A DNA stretch of 64,000 bases, from assembly GCA_013265495.1 (NCBI GenBank), contig MU057887.1, positions 1,955,576 through 2,019,575 of the forward strand, written 5' to 3'. The notes beneath the pieces were generated by a model that did not search any database, was not told where the DNA came from, and saw only the letters and a program-made list of their open reading frames with translations. This DNA is from Vicugna vicugna (taxonomy: Eukaryota). Made by a program: the position numbers and the translations under genes. Shown piece after piece: positions 36,658-48,765 of this stretch (positions are counted from its first letter, which is position 1; every line of letters starts with the position of its first letter).

Positions 36658-38490
36658 TTTCTTGCCTATTGCTTTAGCTACCAATTCTAGTACAATGTTA
36701 CATAGGAGAGGTGGGAAGAAACATTCTTGCCTAGGTCCTGATCTAAGGGGCAAACATCTAGTTTCTCAGTGTTGAGTATGAGATCAGCTGTAAGATTTTT
36801 TTTTGCAGATGTATTTTATCAAGTTGAGGAAATTCCCTTCTATTCTTAGTTTGCTGAAAATTTTAAAAACCATGAATGGAGGTTGGATTTTGTCAAAAGC
36901 GCTTTCTGTATCTATTGATGTGATCATTGGATCCTTCTCTTTTAATCTGTTATGTGATGACTTACATGAACTGAATGTGTACCTGGAACAAGTCCCACTT
37001 GAGTGTGGTGGAAATTTCTTTTTATACATTGTTGGATTCGAGTTGCTGACATTTTGTGGGGAATTTTTGCATCTTTGTCTACGATGAATATTGACCTGTA
37101 ATTTTCCTTTCCTGTAATGTCTTGATTTGGCTTTAGCACAAGCGCAATCGTGACCTCATAGAATACGAGTTAGAAAATTGTCCTTCCACTTCTGTTTTCT
37201 GGACTAAGTTGGAGAGGACTGGTACCATTTCTTGCTTATATGTTTGGCAGAATTCACCAGTGAGAGCATCTGGGCCTGGGGCTTTCTTTTCTTGGAATGT
37301 TGTTAATTATTGACTCAGTTCATTGAATAGATTTAGATTCAGGTTGTATGTTTCCTCCTGCGTGACTTTGGTCATTGTGTGGTGCCCCTCTTCATCCCTG
37401 GCATTTTCCTTGTTCTGAAGTCTGCTTTGTCTGAAATTAACGTACTTTCTCCAGTTCTCTTTTGATTAGTGTTAGTATAAAATATCTTTTCTGTCTCTTT
37501 ACTTATAATGTACCTGTGTCTTTATATTTAATTTCTTGTAGACAACATATAATTTCATCTTTTTTTAATGCTCTGAAAGTCTGTCTTAACTGGTGCACTT
37601 AGACCACTCACATACGAAGTGATCAGTGGTGTGGCTGGACTCAGACCCGCCACGCTTGTTTCTATCAGTTGCAGTCATACTTGGTTGCTTTTTCCTCTCT
37701 CTCTTTTTCTGTAGGTTTAATTGAACAGTTTGTATGATTCTGTTTTTGCTCCTCTATTAGAAATCCAGCGTGCTGTCCATTCACTCGTCTCTTAGCGCAG
37801 CAATTACACTTCTTTTTTAAACTTTTGAGGTGGTTGCCCTAGAATTTGTAATATCCTCTTATAAGCAATCTAAGTCTGCTCTTAATAACATTCAGCCAGT
37901 TTGTAGGTGATTCAGGTAACTTTTAACAGAATGTCCCCAACTGCTCTCCCGTGTTCCTTATCTAGTTGCCGTCATGCATTTCACTCATCTGTATGCAATC
38001 ATCTCCCAACACACTGTTACCATTATCGCTTTGAACAATTAGTTATTAGATCAGGTAAGTTTAGGAAAAATAAAATATTTTATTTTACCTTTGTTTGTTT
38101 CCTCTCTGAAGTTTTTTCTTTCTTTATTTTGATCTGAGTATAAGATTTGCATCATTTTCTTTCTCTGTAAAGAGCTGTTTTTAGTATTTCATGCAAGGTG
38201 GGTCTGCTGGCAACAAGTTCTCTAAATTTCAACTTTTCTGGAAAGTATTTTTCCTTAACTTTTTAAGGAATACTTTCTCTGTACAGAATTCCAGGTCATT
38301 TTTTTTCCTTTCAGTGTTTTACCTATTTCACTTCCCTCTCTTCTTGCTTGCATGGTTTCTGATGAGAAAAATGTCATTCTTATTTGTGCTCTTTTAATGG
38401 CAAGAAGCTTTTATTTTCTGACTTATTTCAAAAGTTTCTCTTTTTTTTGTTTGTTTTGTATTTTAAGTATGATATTCCTGGGTGTAGATT
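36658..38490 (-). mobile_element. L1 ORF2 N-terminal half plus ORF1-side sequence (antisense)
   Basis: ORF 36784-37029(-) contains MITSIDTESAFDKIQPPFM...KLRIEGNFLNLIK, matching L1 reverse transcriptase. Confidence 0.85.
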
Positions 38491-39870
38491 TTGTTCAGAT
38501 AATATAAACGTGCACACAGAAAACCAGAAGGAATCCCCCCAAACCATTAAACTAATGAGCATGTTCACCAAGATTGCAAGATGCAAGGTCAATATATAAA
38601 ATTAATTTTATTTCTACATTCTTGCAAGGAAGAGTTCAAAAGTGAAAGAAAATAATTTCAATTACAATAGCATTGAAATAATAAAATATTTCAAAATTAT
38701 TTTAAGAAATAAGCACAAAATACATACCCTGAAAACTGCAAAACATTGTTGGAAAATCAAAGATTTAATAACTGGCAAGAATCCCCGTGTTCATGGACTG
38801 GAAGCACTAACATCATTAAGATGATAATCCTCCCCCAGTAGATCCGTATGTTCAACACAATCCCTGTAATAATCTCCACTGCCTTCCTTGAAGCTGTAGT
38901 CAAGCTGATCCTAAAATTCATGGGTAAAATCAAGGCATCCAGAATATCCAATACTACGTCAAAAAGAACAACAAAGTTGGAGGGCTCACTTTCTACAATT
39001 TCAAAACTTCCTGCATTGCTACCATAATCAAGACAGTGTGGTCCTGATGCAAGGATGGACAGGTGGATCTGTGGAATGGATTCAAGAGTTCAGAAATAAA
39101 CCCGTGTATCTATGGTGGATTGATTTCCAAACAGAGTGCCAAGACAATCCAATGGGGAAAAGAGTAACTTTTTCAAGAGTTGGTGCAGAGACAATTGGAT
39201 TTCCACATGTAAAGGAATCAACTTACTCTCCTATCTCACAACATGGATAAAAAATTAACTCAAACTGTAACATATACAAAAGTTAGCTCTAAAATATAAG
39301 AGCTAAAACTATGAAACTCTTATAAAAAAGTAGGTGTAAAGCTTCATGACCTTAGACCAGAGAGGCAGTGGTTTCTTAGATATTACATGAAAGCACAAGC
39401 GACAAAATAAAAACAGATGAGTTGGACTCCATCGAGATAAACAAATTTTGTGCTGCACAGGACACACCAAGAAAGTGAAAAGAAGGAGAAAAATACCCAC
39501 AGAATGAGGGGAAATATTTGCAAATCTTATATCTGAGAAGGGACTTGTACCTAGACTACATAAAGAACTTCTAGCTCAGCGGTAAAAAGATGAATGGCCC
39601 AATTAAAAATGGGCAAGGATTTGAATAGACATTCCTCAAGGAGGATAAACAAACGGGCAATAAATGCATGAGAAGTGGCTTAACCTCATTAGTCATCAGA
39701 AAAATGCAAGTCAGAATCACAATGGGTTACTGCTTCAGGCCCATTAGGATGGTTATAGCAAGAAAAGATAGATAATTACAAATGTTGGGGATAATGTGGA
39801 GAATTTGGAATCCTCATGCTGTGCTAGTGAGATTATAAAATGGAACAGCTTCTTTAATGAACAATGTGTC
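38491..39870 (+). mobile_element. L1 ORF2 C-terminal half (sense)
   Basis: ORF-track text DNINVHTENQKES...KIARCKVNI, plus aagctgatcctaaaattcatgg and aaatgggcaaggatttgaatagaca. Confidence 0.85.
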
Positions 39871-39874
39871 AATA

Positions 39875-40090
39875 CGATGAGCTGAATTTTGTATCCCCTC
39901 CCCATTTATGTGTTGAAGCCCGAACCTCTGAGAGTCTTTGGAGGTGGGGTAATAGGTCATGAGGGTGGAACTCCTGCAATGGGGTTAGTGCCCTTATAAG
40001 AAAAGAGAGAAGAGACGCAATTACTCCCTCCACCTGTGAAGACGCAGCGAGAAGGTGGCTGTCTGCAGACCTGGAAGAGGGTCCTCCACA
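39875..40090 (+). mobile_element. MLT1A/B-like LTR fragment
   Basis: tgttgaagcccgaacc...aggtcatgagggtggaac...gttagtgcccttataagaaaagag. Confidence 0.75.
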
Positions 40091-40300
40091 GATGTGCAGA
40101 TATTAATTACTATATATAAAAATAGATTTACAAAATTTCTTCTGTGTAGCATAGGGAACTATATTCAATATCTTGTAGTAACATATAATGAAAAAGAATA
40201 TGAAAATGAATATATGAATGCAAATGTGTGACTGAAACATTATGCTGTACACCAGGAATCGACACATTGTAACTGAATATACTTCAGTTAAAAAAAAAAA
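40090..40300 (+). mobile_element. Young camelid/artiodactyl L1 3' end with poly(A)
   Basis: tagcatagggaactatattcaatatcttgtag...gctgtacaccaggaatcgacacattgtaactgaatatacttcagtt(A)n. Confidence 0.85.
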
Positions 40301-41070
40301 GAATGTCATAGAGATGAGGGTGATACACTTAGCCTCATGTGGCAGGTGCTTTTTACAACATAGAGTTCAGTCACCCACTTTTGAGTGTGAATCACGAACT
40401 CGTTGCATCATGTTTCTGAGTGCTGTTCCTTTGTGCAGAGAGTTGACAAGTCCAGTGAAACGGCTTCTCAAATTTGGTGGCAGTTTCTGAGTCCTAATCA
40501 GGTTAGAAAAGTTGTCTTTGTCTGTTTGTTTCTCTGTTCACCTGTTGAAGGACATTTGGGTTGTTTCCAGTTCGGGGTTGCCATAAGATCTTACGATCAG
40601 ACTTGTGTGTGACCATAAGTTGTAATTTGTTCTCACACCAAGGAGTAAGATTGCTGGGTCATATGGCAACTGGATATTGAACTGTACGAGGAGCTGCCTT
40701 TTTATGAGAAACCTCCTGGTTTCCGTAGTGACTGTACCGCCCGGCGTTCCCACGGGCGATGGACGAGAAACGCACTTGCTCGTTCTGCGTCCTAACTGCC
40801 CCAGTGTTGCAGCCTTTGCTGCTGTTGGGTTTCTCCCAGTTTCAGCAGTTGCAGTGGGTGGAAGTGATGTCTCCTGGGGGCTTTAAGCTGCGTTTCCCTG
40901 GTGACCAGTGATGCCGACTGAGACCTGTTTGTGTGCTCATTTGTCACCCAGATACCTTCTTTGGTGAGATGTCTGCCCCCAGTTTTTTGCCTGTTTTTTA
41001 AAAATGGGGTGTTGTTTCCTTATTGCTGAGTTTTCAGAGCTCCTCATCAGTTGACACACGTCTTTTGTGG
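40301..41070 (-). mobile_element. Old L1 3' region
   Basis: ttcacctgttgaaggacatttgggttgtttccagtt, attgctgggtcatatgg. Confidence 0.75.
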
Positions 41071-41991
41071 GCTATTCCCTCTGCCTTGAGACATCCCTTT
41101 CTTTTGTGTAGTATTTCTCTTGTATGTACTTTTCCACCCCCTTATTTTCAGCTTCTCTTTGTGGTTTGCTTTCAGGTATGTTTCTTGCAGTCAGTTATTA
41201 GTCATGTTTAAAAATCCAGTACAGTGTTCCGGGACTTTCACTCCATGATTCCAGTCCTTTTGCCTTTGCTGTGGTTCCTTGTATGTGTAGAGTCATATCC
41301 AGATTATCCTATGTTTCTTGCTTTTAACCCTTTTCATTTTTTTCATTTTTGCCTTCTATAGAATTAATGGTACTTTCTAAATTTGTGTTTTTCTTTGTCA
41401 GTTTGGAGATTACATAAATTACATAATTTTAGTGTTTTTTCTTTACATTTTTAAACATTAACAGCGAGCTGTATTTTTTTTTTTCTCGGGGAAATGCAAG
41501 TGCTTCATACAGGCTTCTCTCTCTCATGTCAGTCACCCGAGAACCATGGAAAATCAGTTCTGTGTAAATGTGTTAACCAGGAGTTTATTTCCCATTATTT
41601 GAAAAGGGAAAAATTTATAAGGCATTATACATCCATCCCAAACTCTCAACCAGTTTCCTCGACTGTGTCCAAGACCTGGAAGAGCGCCTGTATAAACGGA
41701 GAGTCGAGCTGATCAGGACATAAAGTGTCTAAGCGTCGCTTCCAGCTCACCAGCCCTCGTTCCGCTGCTGACAAACCGCTGCGGTGCGGGCGGTAATATA
41801 TCTCATTTATATGCTGTTCTGCAAACATTATGTTTGCCACCTCTCATGGAAAATCACACCCGGAAGTAAATATACTTGTTAGAAAAATGCAAGCTAAAAA
41901 TTTAATAAAACTCAGGGCCAACTGCCCCCTAGGTGAGGTGGAGACTTGAGGCTCCAAGCCAGCTGAGAAGAGGGGAGGCGGGGTGGGGAGG

Positions 41992-42330
41992 CGTGGCCCG
42001 TGTGTCCTGGTGTGGCCCGCATGTCCTGGTGTGGCTGGTGTGTCCTGGTGTGGACTGCGTGTCCTGGTGTGGCCACTGTGGCTGGTGTGTCCTGGTGTGG
42101 GTGATGTGTCCTGGTGTGGATGGCGTGTCCTTGAGTGGCCAGTGTGTCCTGGTGTGGACGGCATGTCCTGGTGTGGATGGTGTGTCCTGGTGTGGATGGC
42201 GTGTCCTTGAGTGGCCGGTGTGTCCTGGTGTGGACGGCGTGTCCTGGTGTGGATGGTGTGTCCTGGTGTGGATGGCATGTCCTTGAGTGGCCGGTATGTC
42301 CTGGTGTGGACAGCGTGTCCTGGTGTGGCC
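41992..42330. repeat. 19-bp minisatellite (gtgtcctggtgtggatggc) with a 76-bp higher-order unit
   Basis: ~17 units; ttgagtgg variant at 42131, 42207 and 42283. Confidence 0.95.
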
Positions 42331-45300
42331 GGGCGGGCAGAGGGGCCCGAGCAGGAGGGCCCTTCCAGGCAGGTTGGCAGACTCAGGGACCTGCAGGGAA
42401 GTTTGCACCGTTTAGGGGCTGCTGCAGAGAATTCTGAGGAAGGAGGCTGGAAGATCTCTTCCGAGGATGTGGTTGGCACTTTTGGGTGAAACAATTACAA
42501 AGTGCAGCCTTACGTGCTGCCTTGATGTTCACTTTCAAAAACTCACTTGTTTGTGGCTCTGGGAGACGTCAGGCTGTCTTTCCCCCTTCTCTTTGAAGCC
42601 TCCCATCACATGACTGACACTCAAGGCTAGTGTCTGACGCTGCATCCGCAGGGCCCTCTTCAGGTGACGCCTCTCTCAGGACCAGCAATGCCCCAGATGC
42701 ACACCCCTGCCCTTCCTTCTTAGAAGGTGGGTACTTTTTCCATGTGTCACTAAGGAACATGCCCAAGGTCAGGAGTCCAGTTGGAGACCCCTGCCTGAAG
42801 CTGAGGTCCCAAAGGGCTGCAGCCTTGCTGTGCGTGAGGAAAACCCACCATGTGGAAAGGGTTGCAAAAGGCCTGCACCCTCCTCCTGAGATTTTAAACC
42901 AAGTCTACATACTCAGGTTTATGGCCATAAATTCAAATCTTAACCACAAATTTTAACTTCAAGTGCTTGTAGGTGAGTCGTGTTTTTAGGTGCTGGGCAG
43001 GGAAAATGCCACTTCCCCCATCTTCATCTCCAGTCTGGACTAAGAGGGGTTGTAAGTGAGCTTCAGTTGTAACAGGGATCCCGATTTCAGAAATGTTCAA
43101 GTATGAAAAAAATACACGAAACTAATGAGATTCGGGGTGTGTGTGTTTACACGCCCACACCTGTTCATCTCCATAAATCGTGTCTCTCTGGGGGCAGTCA
43201 AGCTGCGTGCCTCGATACTCTCTCCAATTCACTGATTCTCTCTTTAACTGTGTTCTGCCCCAAAGGTGTTCTTTTTATCACAAATTTCATTTCAAGAACT
43301 TAAACTTTCCCCCTAGTTTTCCAATTAGTTTTTAAAACACATGTCTATTGTTTCTTCTGCACCTTTCCCATTTTTCTGTACCTTCTTTGTGCTTTTAAAG
43401 GGACAGTCTCCCTCATTTCTTCGAGAACCCCAGACGTAATTCTTTCACGGGCTAATTGTTCCACACAGTCAGCTCCTTCCGGGGTCACTTCTTACTCTGC
43501 TGATTGACTGTGTTAGAGTTAGAACATTCTTGTGCTGAGGGTGAAAGGGGGTTTTGGGTTTTCTTCCCCCACCCCATTTTCCTTCCATCATGCTTGTCCC
43601 TCATCCTGGGGCAGGTTTTCAGCCATTCCCAGTCACGCCCCGACCCCACCCAGCTCCTGTGTGTCCCTCGCTCCCTCGTGCTGTGTCTCTCTCTGATTCT
43701 TCCTGCGTTTCTCCATCAGCTTCTGGTGGGGCTCACAGATTCTCCCCTCTTGACACTTCTCTTCTCATTTGTTCAAGCAACAAGTATTTTTGGACACCAA
43801 GTAGGTACCAACCTCTGTCCCATCTTCTGTTTCCTCCGTTTAATGACCCGTTTTATGGAAATGAATCCTAGTTTATTGATTATTGTTTACATTAAGTAGT
43901 GTCACGAGCCCTGCTCTCACCCACAAGGAGGTGAGCGGAGCAGCCCCTGCTCTGTGCGGAGCTCTTCTCGCTTCCTTCGTGGATCACTGCGTTTTCTGCG
44001 AGCCACTGTCCTGCTGCTGCGACGCCAGCCCCTCACTCCTGAACAGCACTTTGCCACCAGCAGATGCCCTCTTGTCAGTCAGCTCAGTTACCCTCTTCAT
44101 CAGCTGCGGTGGGAGGTGGACGGGGGCAGACTGTTCTCCAGGGGACACCTGAGGCTCGGACAGCTAGGTCTGTCCCGGGGCCACCCTGCCAGTAAGCAGA
44201 GCAGAGCCACAGCTCAGACCCTCTCACCTACACACCTGCATCGGATCCCCCAGATAGGACTCAGAACAGCGCCTGGGCAGGCGTCACGTCTGTCCTCGTC
44301 TCTGTCACTGGACGTAGCACACGCCTCGGCATGTGGTGTATTTACATAAACGAGTGTTTGGTGAAGGAGCCGAGGAGAGAGTGGGCTCCGTGTGTCTCCG
44401 GCCAGGGCGGTGGCCGAGTCCCTCCTGCAGCGTCCTGTGCCCTTGCCGGCCCCCAGGGGCGTGTGGGGGAGGACGCCCGCGGGGCCCCGGGGAGACAGGC
44501 GCCCACAGAAGCGGCGAGGGGGGCGTGCTGCTCCCGGCCCCTGCCCCCCAGCGGCAGGGCCCGGGCCCCAGCCGCAGCAGCGGGCTTGCAGGACCAGCCG
44601 CGCTGGAACAGCTCAGTCGGCGTCGATTCGCACCGCCGCGCTGCCTGACGGCAGGCGCGGTAGCACTTAGATCGCAGTATTTTCTGTAATTACTTAAAAA
44701 TGACAATGCACATTGAGTTGGTGATAAATCAGAGGCAATTTAAATAATGCCATCAGGAGTCAAGGAGCGTAAATTCTGTGGGTTCCATCCCAGCCAAGCA
44801 GCCGTTGCTTCAAAGGGTGGGCAGTGTCTTGACACTCGGGGCCCCTGGGGAGGGGCCTCTGGGGAGGGGCCAGGGCCCCGGGCTCACGCCTCAGCCTGTG
44901 TGTCCTGTGGTCCCGACCCGGCCGCTCTGGGCGCCGTGGACAAGCCTGGAGCGCAGACCATGCCCGGGGCACGGAAGGGGCCAGGCTGGTGCTGCAGGAT
45001 GTCTGTGCCCCTGGGTGGCCCTGGGCGGCCCTGGGCGAGGGGGAGGGGGCTCTGCCGGGTGATCTGTGACACCTGAAGGTGGCCGCCACCTGAGCCTCTG
45101 GCCCGAGGCCCAGGCTGTCCCCGCGTCTCCCCTGCTCGCCCCTGCACAGGCGCAGGCAACCTCGGCCCTGGGGCCCCCTCCAAGGAGAGTTTGATTTCTC
45201 CAGAAGCTTGGAGGGGCGCCACACGGGCTCTGGCCCCCGGCCCCTGCAGCCTTGCTCGGGGTGTGGGGAGGCGACAGTTTTGGGCTGAATGGGTCTGATC

Positions 45301-45525
45301 CCAGCCGTTGGTGGGGAGAAAAGAGGTGCAGTGTTGAGCTCCGGTCGTGAGATGGGAGCCCGCTGGCCGCTCCTTTATGGCTTTAATTAAGCCATTTGCT
45401 TGCAAAGAACAGAAGCAAACCCAGGGCACCACCAACAGGAAACGGGGGCTGGTTATGGGAATTCTCAAGTGTCTTGTGTGATGCGGTGGCGCGGCCTGGA
45501 CCCTGGGAGGGGGAAGGTCCCACAA

Positions 45526-45637
45526 GGGTCAGATGAGGGTCAGACCAGGGTCAGATGAGGGTCAGACCAGGGTCAGATCAGGGTCAGTCAGATGAGGGTC
45601 AGAGCAGGGTCAGATGAGGGTCAGAGCAGGGTCAGAT
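45526..45637 (+). repeat. 11-bp minisatellite GGGTCAgaNNa x10 (DR5 half-site array)
   Basis: GGGTCA at 45526, 45537, 45548, 45559, 45570, 45581, 45596, 45607, 45618 and 45629. Confidence 0.95.
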
Positions 45638-47079
45638 CTGGAGAAGCACCTGAGTCTCCCCCCGCTTTCTCTCTGCTCTTGGTGTGTACACTGCTTGGCT
45701 TCCACCCCCCTCTTTCTAGGGATGGGCCCCTGCTCCACGGAGCCTCCTGCAGCTCCCGACCTGCGGGCACAAGTGCAGCCCCTGGAAGGCACGGGTTTTC
45801 TTGGGCCCAGTTCCACTTTCCCGGGGAGGGTGGGGGGTGGGTGGCCCACCCCAGTTCCATCAGAGTGGTGAGGCATTTACAGAACGACTGCCTTTGTCCC
45901 GTTGGTAGGGACCAGCTGTCGTCCCCGGGGGTGCTAGGACCTGGCACCCGCTCTCAAGGGTGCTGTCTGCAACGACGCCACTGGACTGTGTTGCCCAGAG
46001 CGTGTAAGCCGGCTTTCTGACGGGCGTCACCAGTGGAGCCAGAGACCTAACTGCGCCGGTGGTAAGACAACATAGAAGACCCCAGCGGGATTTGAACCCA
46101 CAGGTGCTGGATCCAGGGAACACGGTCTGTCTGCCACAGAGGCCCACCTCCCTCCGTGCCGCTCTGAGCTCTTGTTGGAGGACGCGGCACAAGCAAAGGG
46201 CCTGGGGCAGGCAGGCTGGCCCAGGAGGCCAGCTTTGGCATCTCCAAGGGGTCTCCTGGGGTGTTTCCCTTCCAGGCTGCTTAGGTGGGGATGGCTCCTT
46301 GTCCTGCTGGAGGGACTATGAGAGTCCCCAAGACAGCGTCCCTGGTAAAAACGTTCAGCACGGGGAACAGGATGGGGTGGGGGCTGGTGTGTCCCCTCTG
46401 CCTCGATGCAGACAGGCTCCCTGAGTAAGACTGTGAAATTCAATAATGAACAAACTAGGAATTTGTTTAATTTTTATACCAGAGAACCCAGATAGTCTTC
46501 CCCTGTCCATCCTTCTGGCCCAGCGGCTGGGACGCTTGCCATGTAGATGCTCCTAGGACTCAGAGGCTTCACCCAAGGTGCTTCAAGGCCAAGTCTGCAA
46601 GACGCCAAGTCAAGAACGTTTATAATCCCCTTCAATCATCCAGATTAGTGCTTTCCATTCTCCCCCCAAACTTTTGGAGGTTTCGCTCAGGTCTCCGTCC
46701 CCCTCATGGTACCTGCCCCTCCACCCATGCCTCTGAAGCAGCATCACTGAAAAGGAGCGAATAGAAGGCTTAATGGCCCTCAAAATCAAGGTCAATTTTC
46801 TTCTTTCTAAATAACTTGGGAATTGCTTCCCCTGCAGTGTTCAAATTTTCTAAGTTCCTTGATAGTCTAAAAACATGAAACTGACTCTGATTTTGAATCA
46901 AGCTGGTCGGTCTTGAAAAGAGAACAGCTGTGCCCCAAATTGAGAAGTAACACGGTCTGGAGCTAAGAGCGGGGAGAGCCTGACCGCAGAGACGCCTCCC
47001 GTCTCCTGGGACCAGGACCCCCCACCCCGACCTCACCCCCAAGTGTGTTCGGGGTTGGAGGGACGCATATTCGAGTGGC

Positions 47080-47230
47080 AACTCTGCCCCGTGCTGTGTG
47101 CTCCTCGGTGAACGACTTCACATTCTAAGTCTTGGTTTTCTCATTAACCAATGAAAAAGGATCTATTCAGGCTCCGTCAGAGCACGGTAGGAACAAAATG
47201 AAATAACCTGTGCGAAATAGCTTCACGCCT
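47080..47230 (+). mobile_element. MIR fragment
   Basis: gctgtgtgctcctcggtgaacgacttcacattctaagtcttggttttctcat...aaatgaaataac. Confidence 0.55.
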
Positions 47231-48569
47231 TTGAAAACCCTCTGTGAATGTCCTCACCTTATTAATGACACTAATAATTACAACTGCTATTTGTTCTTAT
47301 AGCAGACATTTATTTGGACCCTACCGTGTACAAATTCCCTGTGCCAGATGCAGGAGGAGGAATGGGGTTGGAATTGTCTCCTAGCAAAAAGATGCATAGT
47401 GTTTTTCTTGCAGGCTTGTTCTCCTGGAAACAAAATCACTATGCAGTACCTGGGACATTACAATAATACATTTTAATGAAAACTTAATTAATTTGAAATG
47501 ATTGCTTTGTTGTAAGTAGAGGGAAAGAAAAATCATTAAAAATTGGCAAATGGGAGAGAAAAATGCTTTTATATAAGTACATGGGAGACGCATTTCGAGG
47601 CAATGAATATTTCTAAAATAAGAAAACATAAAACTTGAGGTTTGCAAAGTTATTTCCTTAATTTGCAGGGCTGTTTCAACTTGTTCCCTGATAAAAATAA
47701 AAGAACCCTCCTCTGCGGCTTGTGCAAGTGAATGCGGAGTCAGTGGAAGCTTCTTTCTCTTTTAAACTGTTTTCCAGCGGGATTTAGCAACGTGGGTTCA
47801 TCTGGGGCTTTGAGTGTTTATTTGGTTTGGTCCCTGTCGTTCCTGTGGAAAAACACAAGCCCCAGCACCAGAAGCTCAGCCAGGACCCCTCAGCCTGCGC
47901 GGACCACGTCCCAGGCGCGCCGCCCGCTGGGTCCCATTGCTGCTCAGGCGTCTTCAGGGCCTCCGGACGCCTTCTGGGTCCAGGGGAGGTGGCAAGAGGG
48001 GCTCCTTGATGAGAAAAAGCAGGGCTGAGCTCTAGTCCTGACTCCATCATTCATAATCCTCGTATCCCAAGCAGGTCCCAGGCCCAACGGAGCCTAAGAT
48101 CTCCCGTCTCTAAAATGGGAGAGTCCACATCCAGCTCTGACACTGCCGCCCAAGCTCTGTTCCCAGCACTGTGCGGCATTCGCCGTGTTTGAAGAGTGAG
48201 GGAGTGACCCTTCAAGGTCAGATGGTCTGATGCCCAGTCTCCCCTCCCAACCAGGTTTTCAGGGTCCTTTACATCACCCCCATCCACCTCTCTTCTGTTG
48301 GGTCCAGAGCTGTGCTGGTCAGTATTTAATGGCTACTCGATGGAAAGAAAGCCTCGAGCTATGGTGTTTGTCAGTTTTCGTGGTGCAGACACTCCACGGT
48401 GGCTCATTTCAGGCCACCCACGTGACGCCACTGAATGCTGAGTTGGGAAGAGATGCTTATAACCTTGAGCCGTGCAGGCCTGTCCCAGCCCACCACTGGC
48501 TGGGCGTCTTCCAGTGCAGGGGGGCTCGCTCACTGCTGGCTAAACACAGAAGTGGGTCAGATGACGTTA

Positions 48570-48765
48570 GCTAACAGTCCTTGTGTGCTCTTGGGGAGCC
48601 GGGCTCCCTGCTCAGTACTTTTTACGTAGATTGTCTCATGTGATCGTCAACCCAGTCCTAGGAGCCAATCCGTTGGTGCAGAGGCTTACGTAACCCGCCC
48701 AAGGTCATGCAGCCCGGAGGAGGTGCGTCGGAAGGAACTTCGGGTGTCTGAGTCCACAGCCCAGG
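48570..48765 (-). mobile_element. MIR
   Basis: ttacgtagattgtctcatgtgatc...taacccgcccaaggtcatgcagc...gtctgagtccacagccc. Confidence 0.65.

Noticed and set aside
36784..37029. Reverse-transcriptase-like ORF
   Set aside because: Fragment of a degraded L1 ORF2 with stops and frameshifts; not a functional gene
41992..42330. Possible CRISPR-like array
   Set aside because: Contiguous tandem units with no unique spacers, in a mammalian context
41844..42494. His/Thr/Pro-repeat ORFs
   Set aside because: Translation of the 19-bp minisatellite, open in several frames
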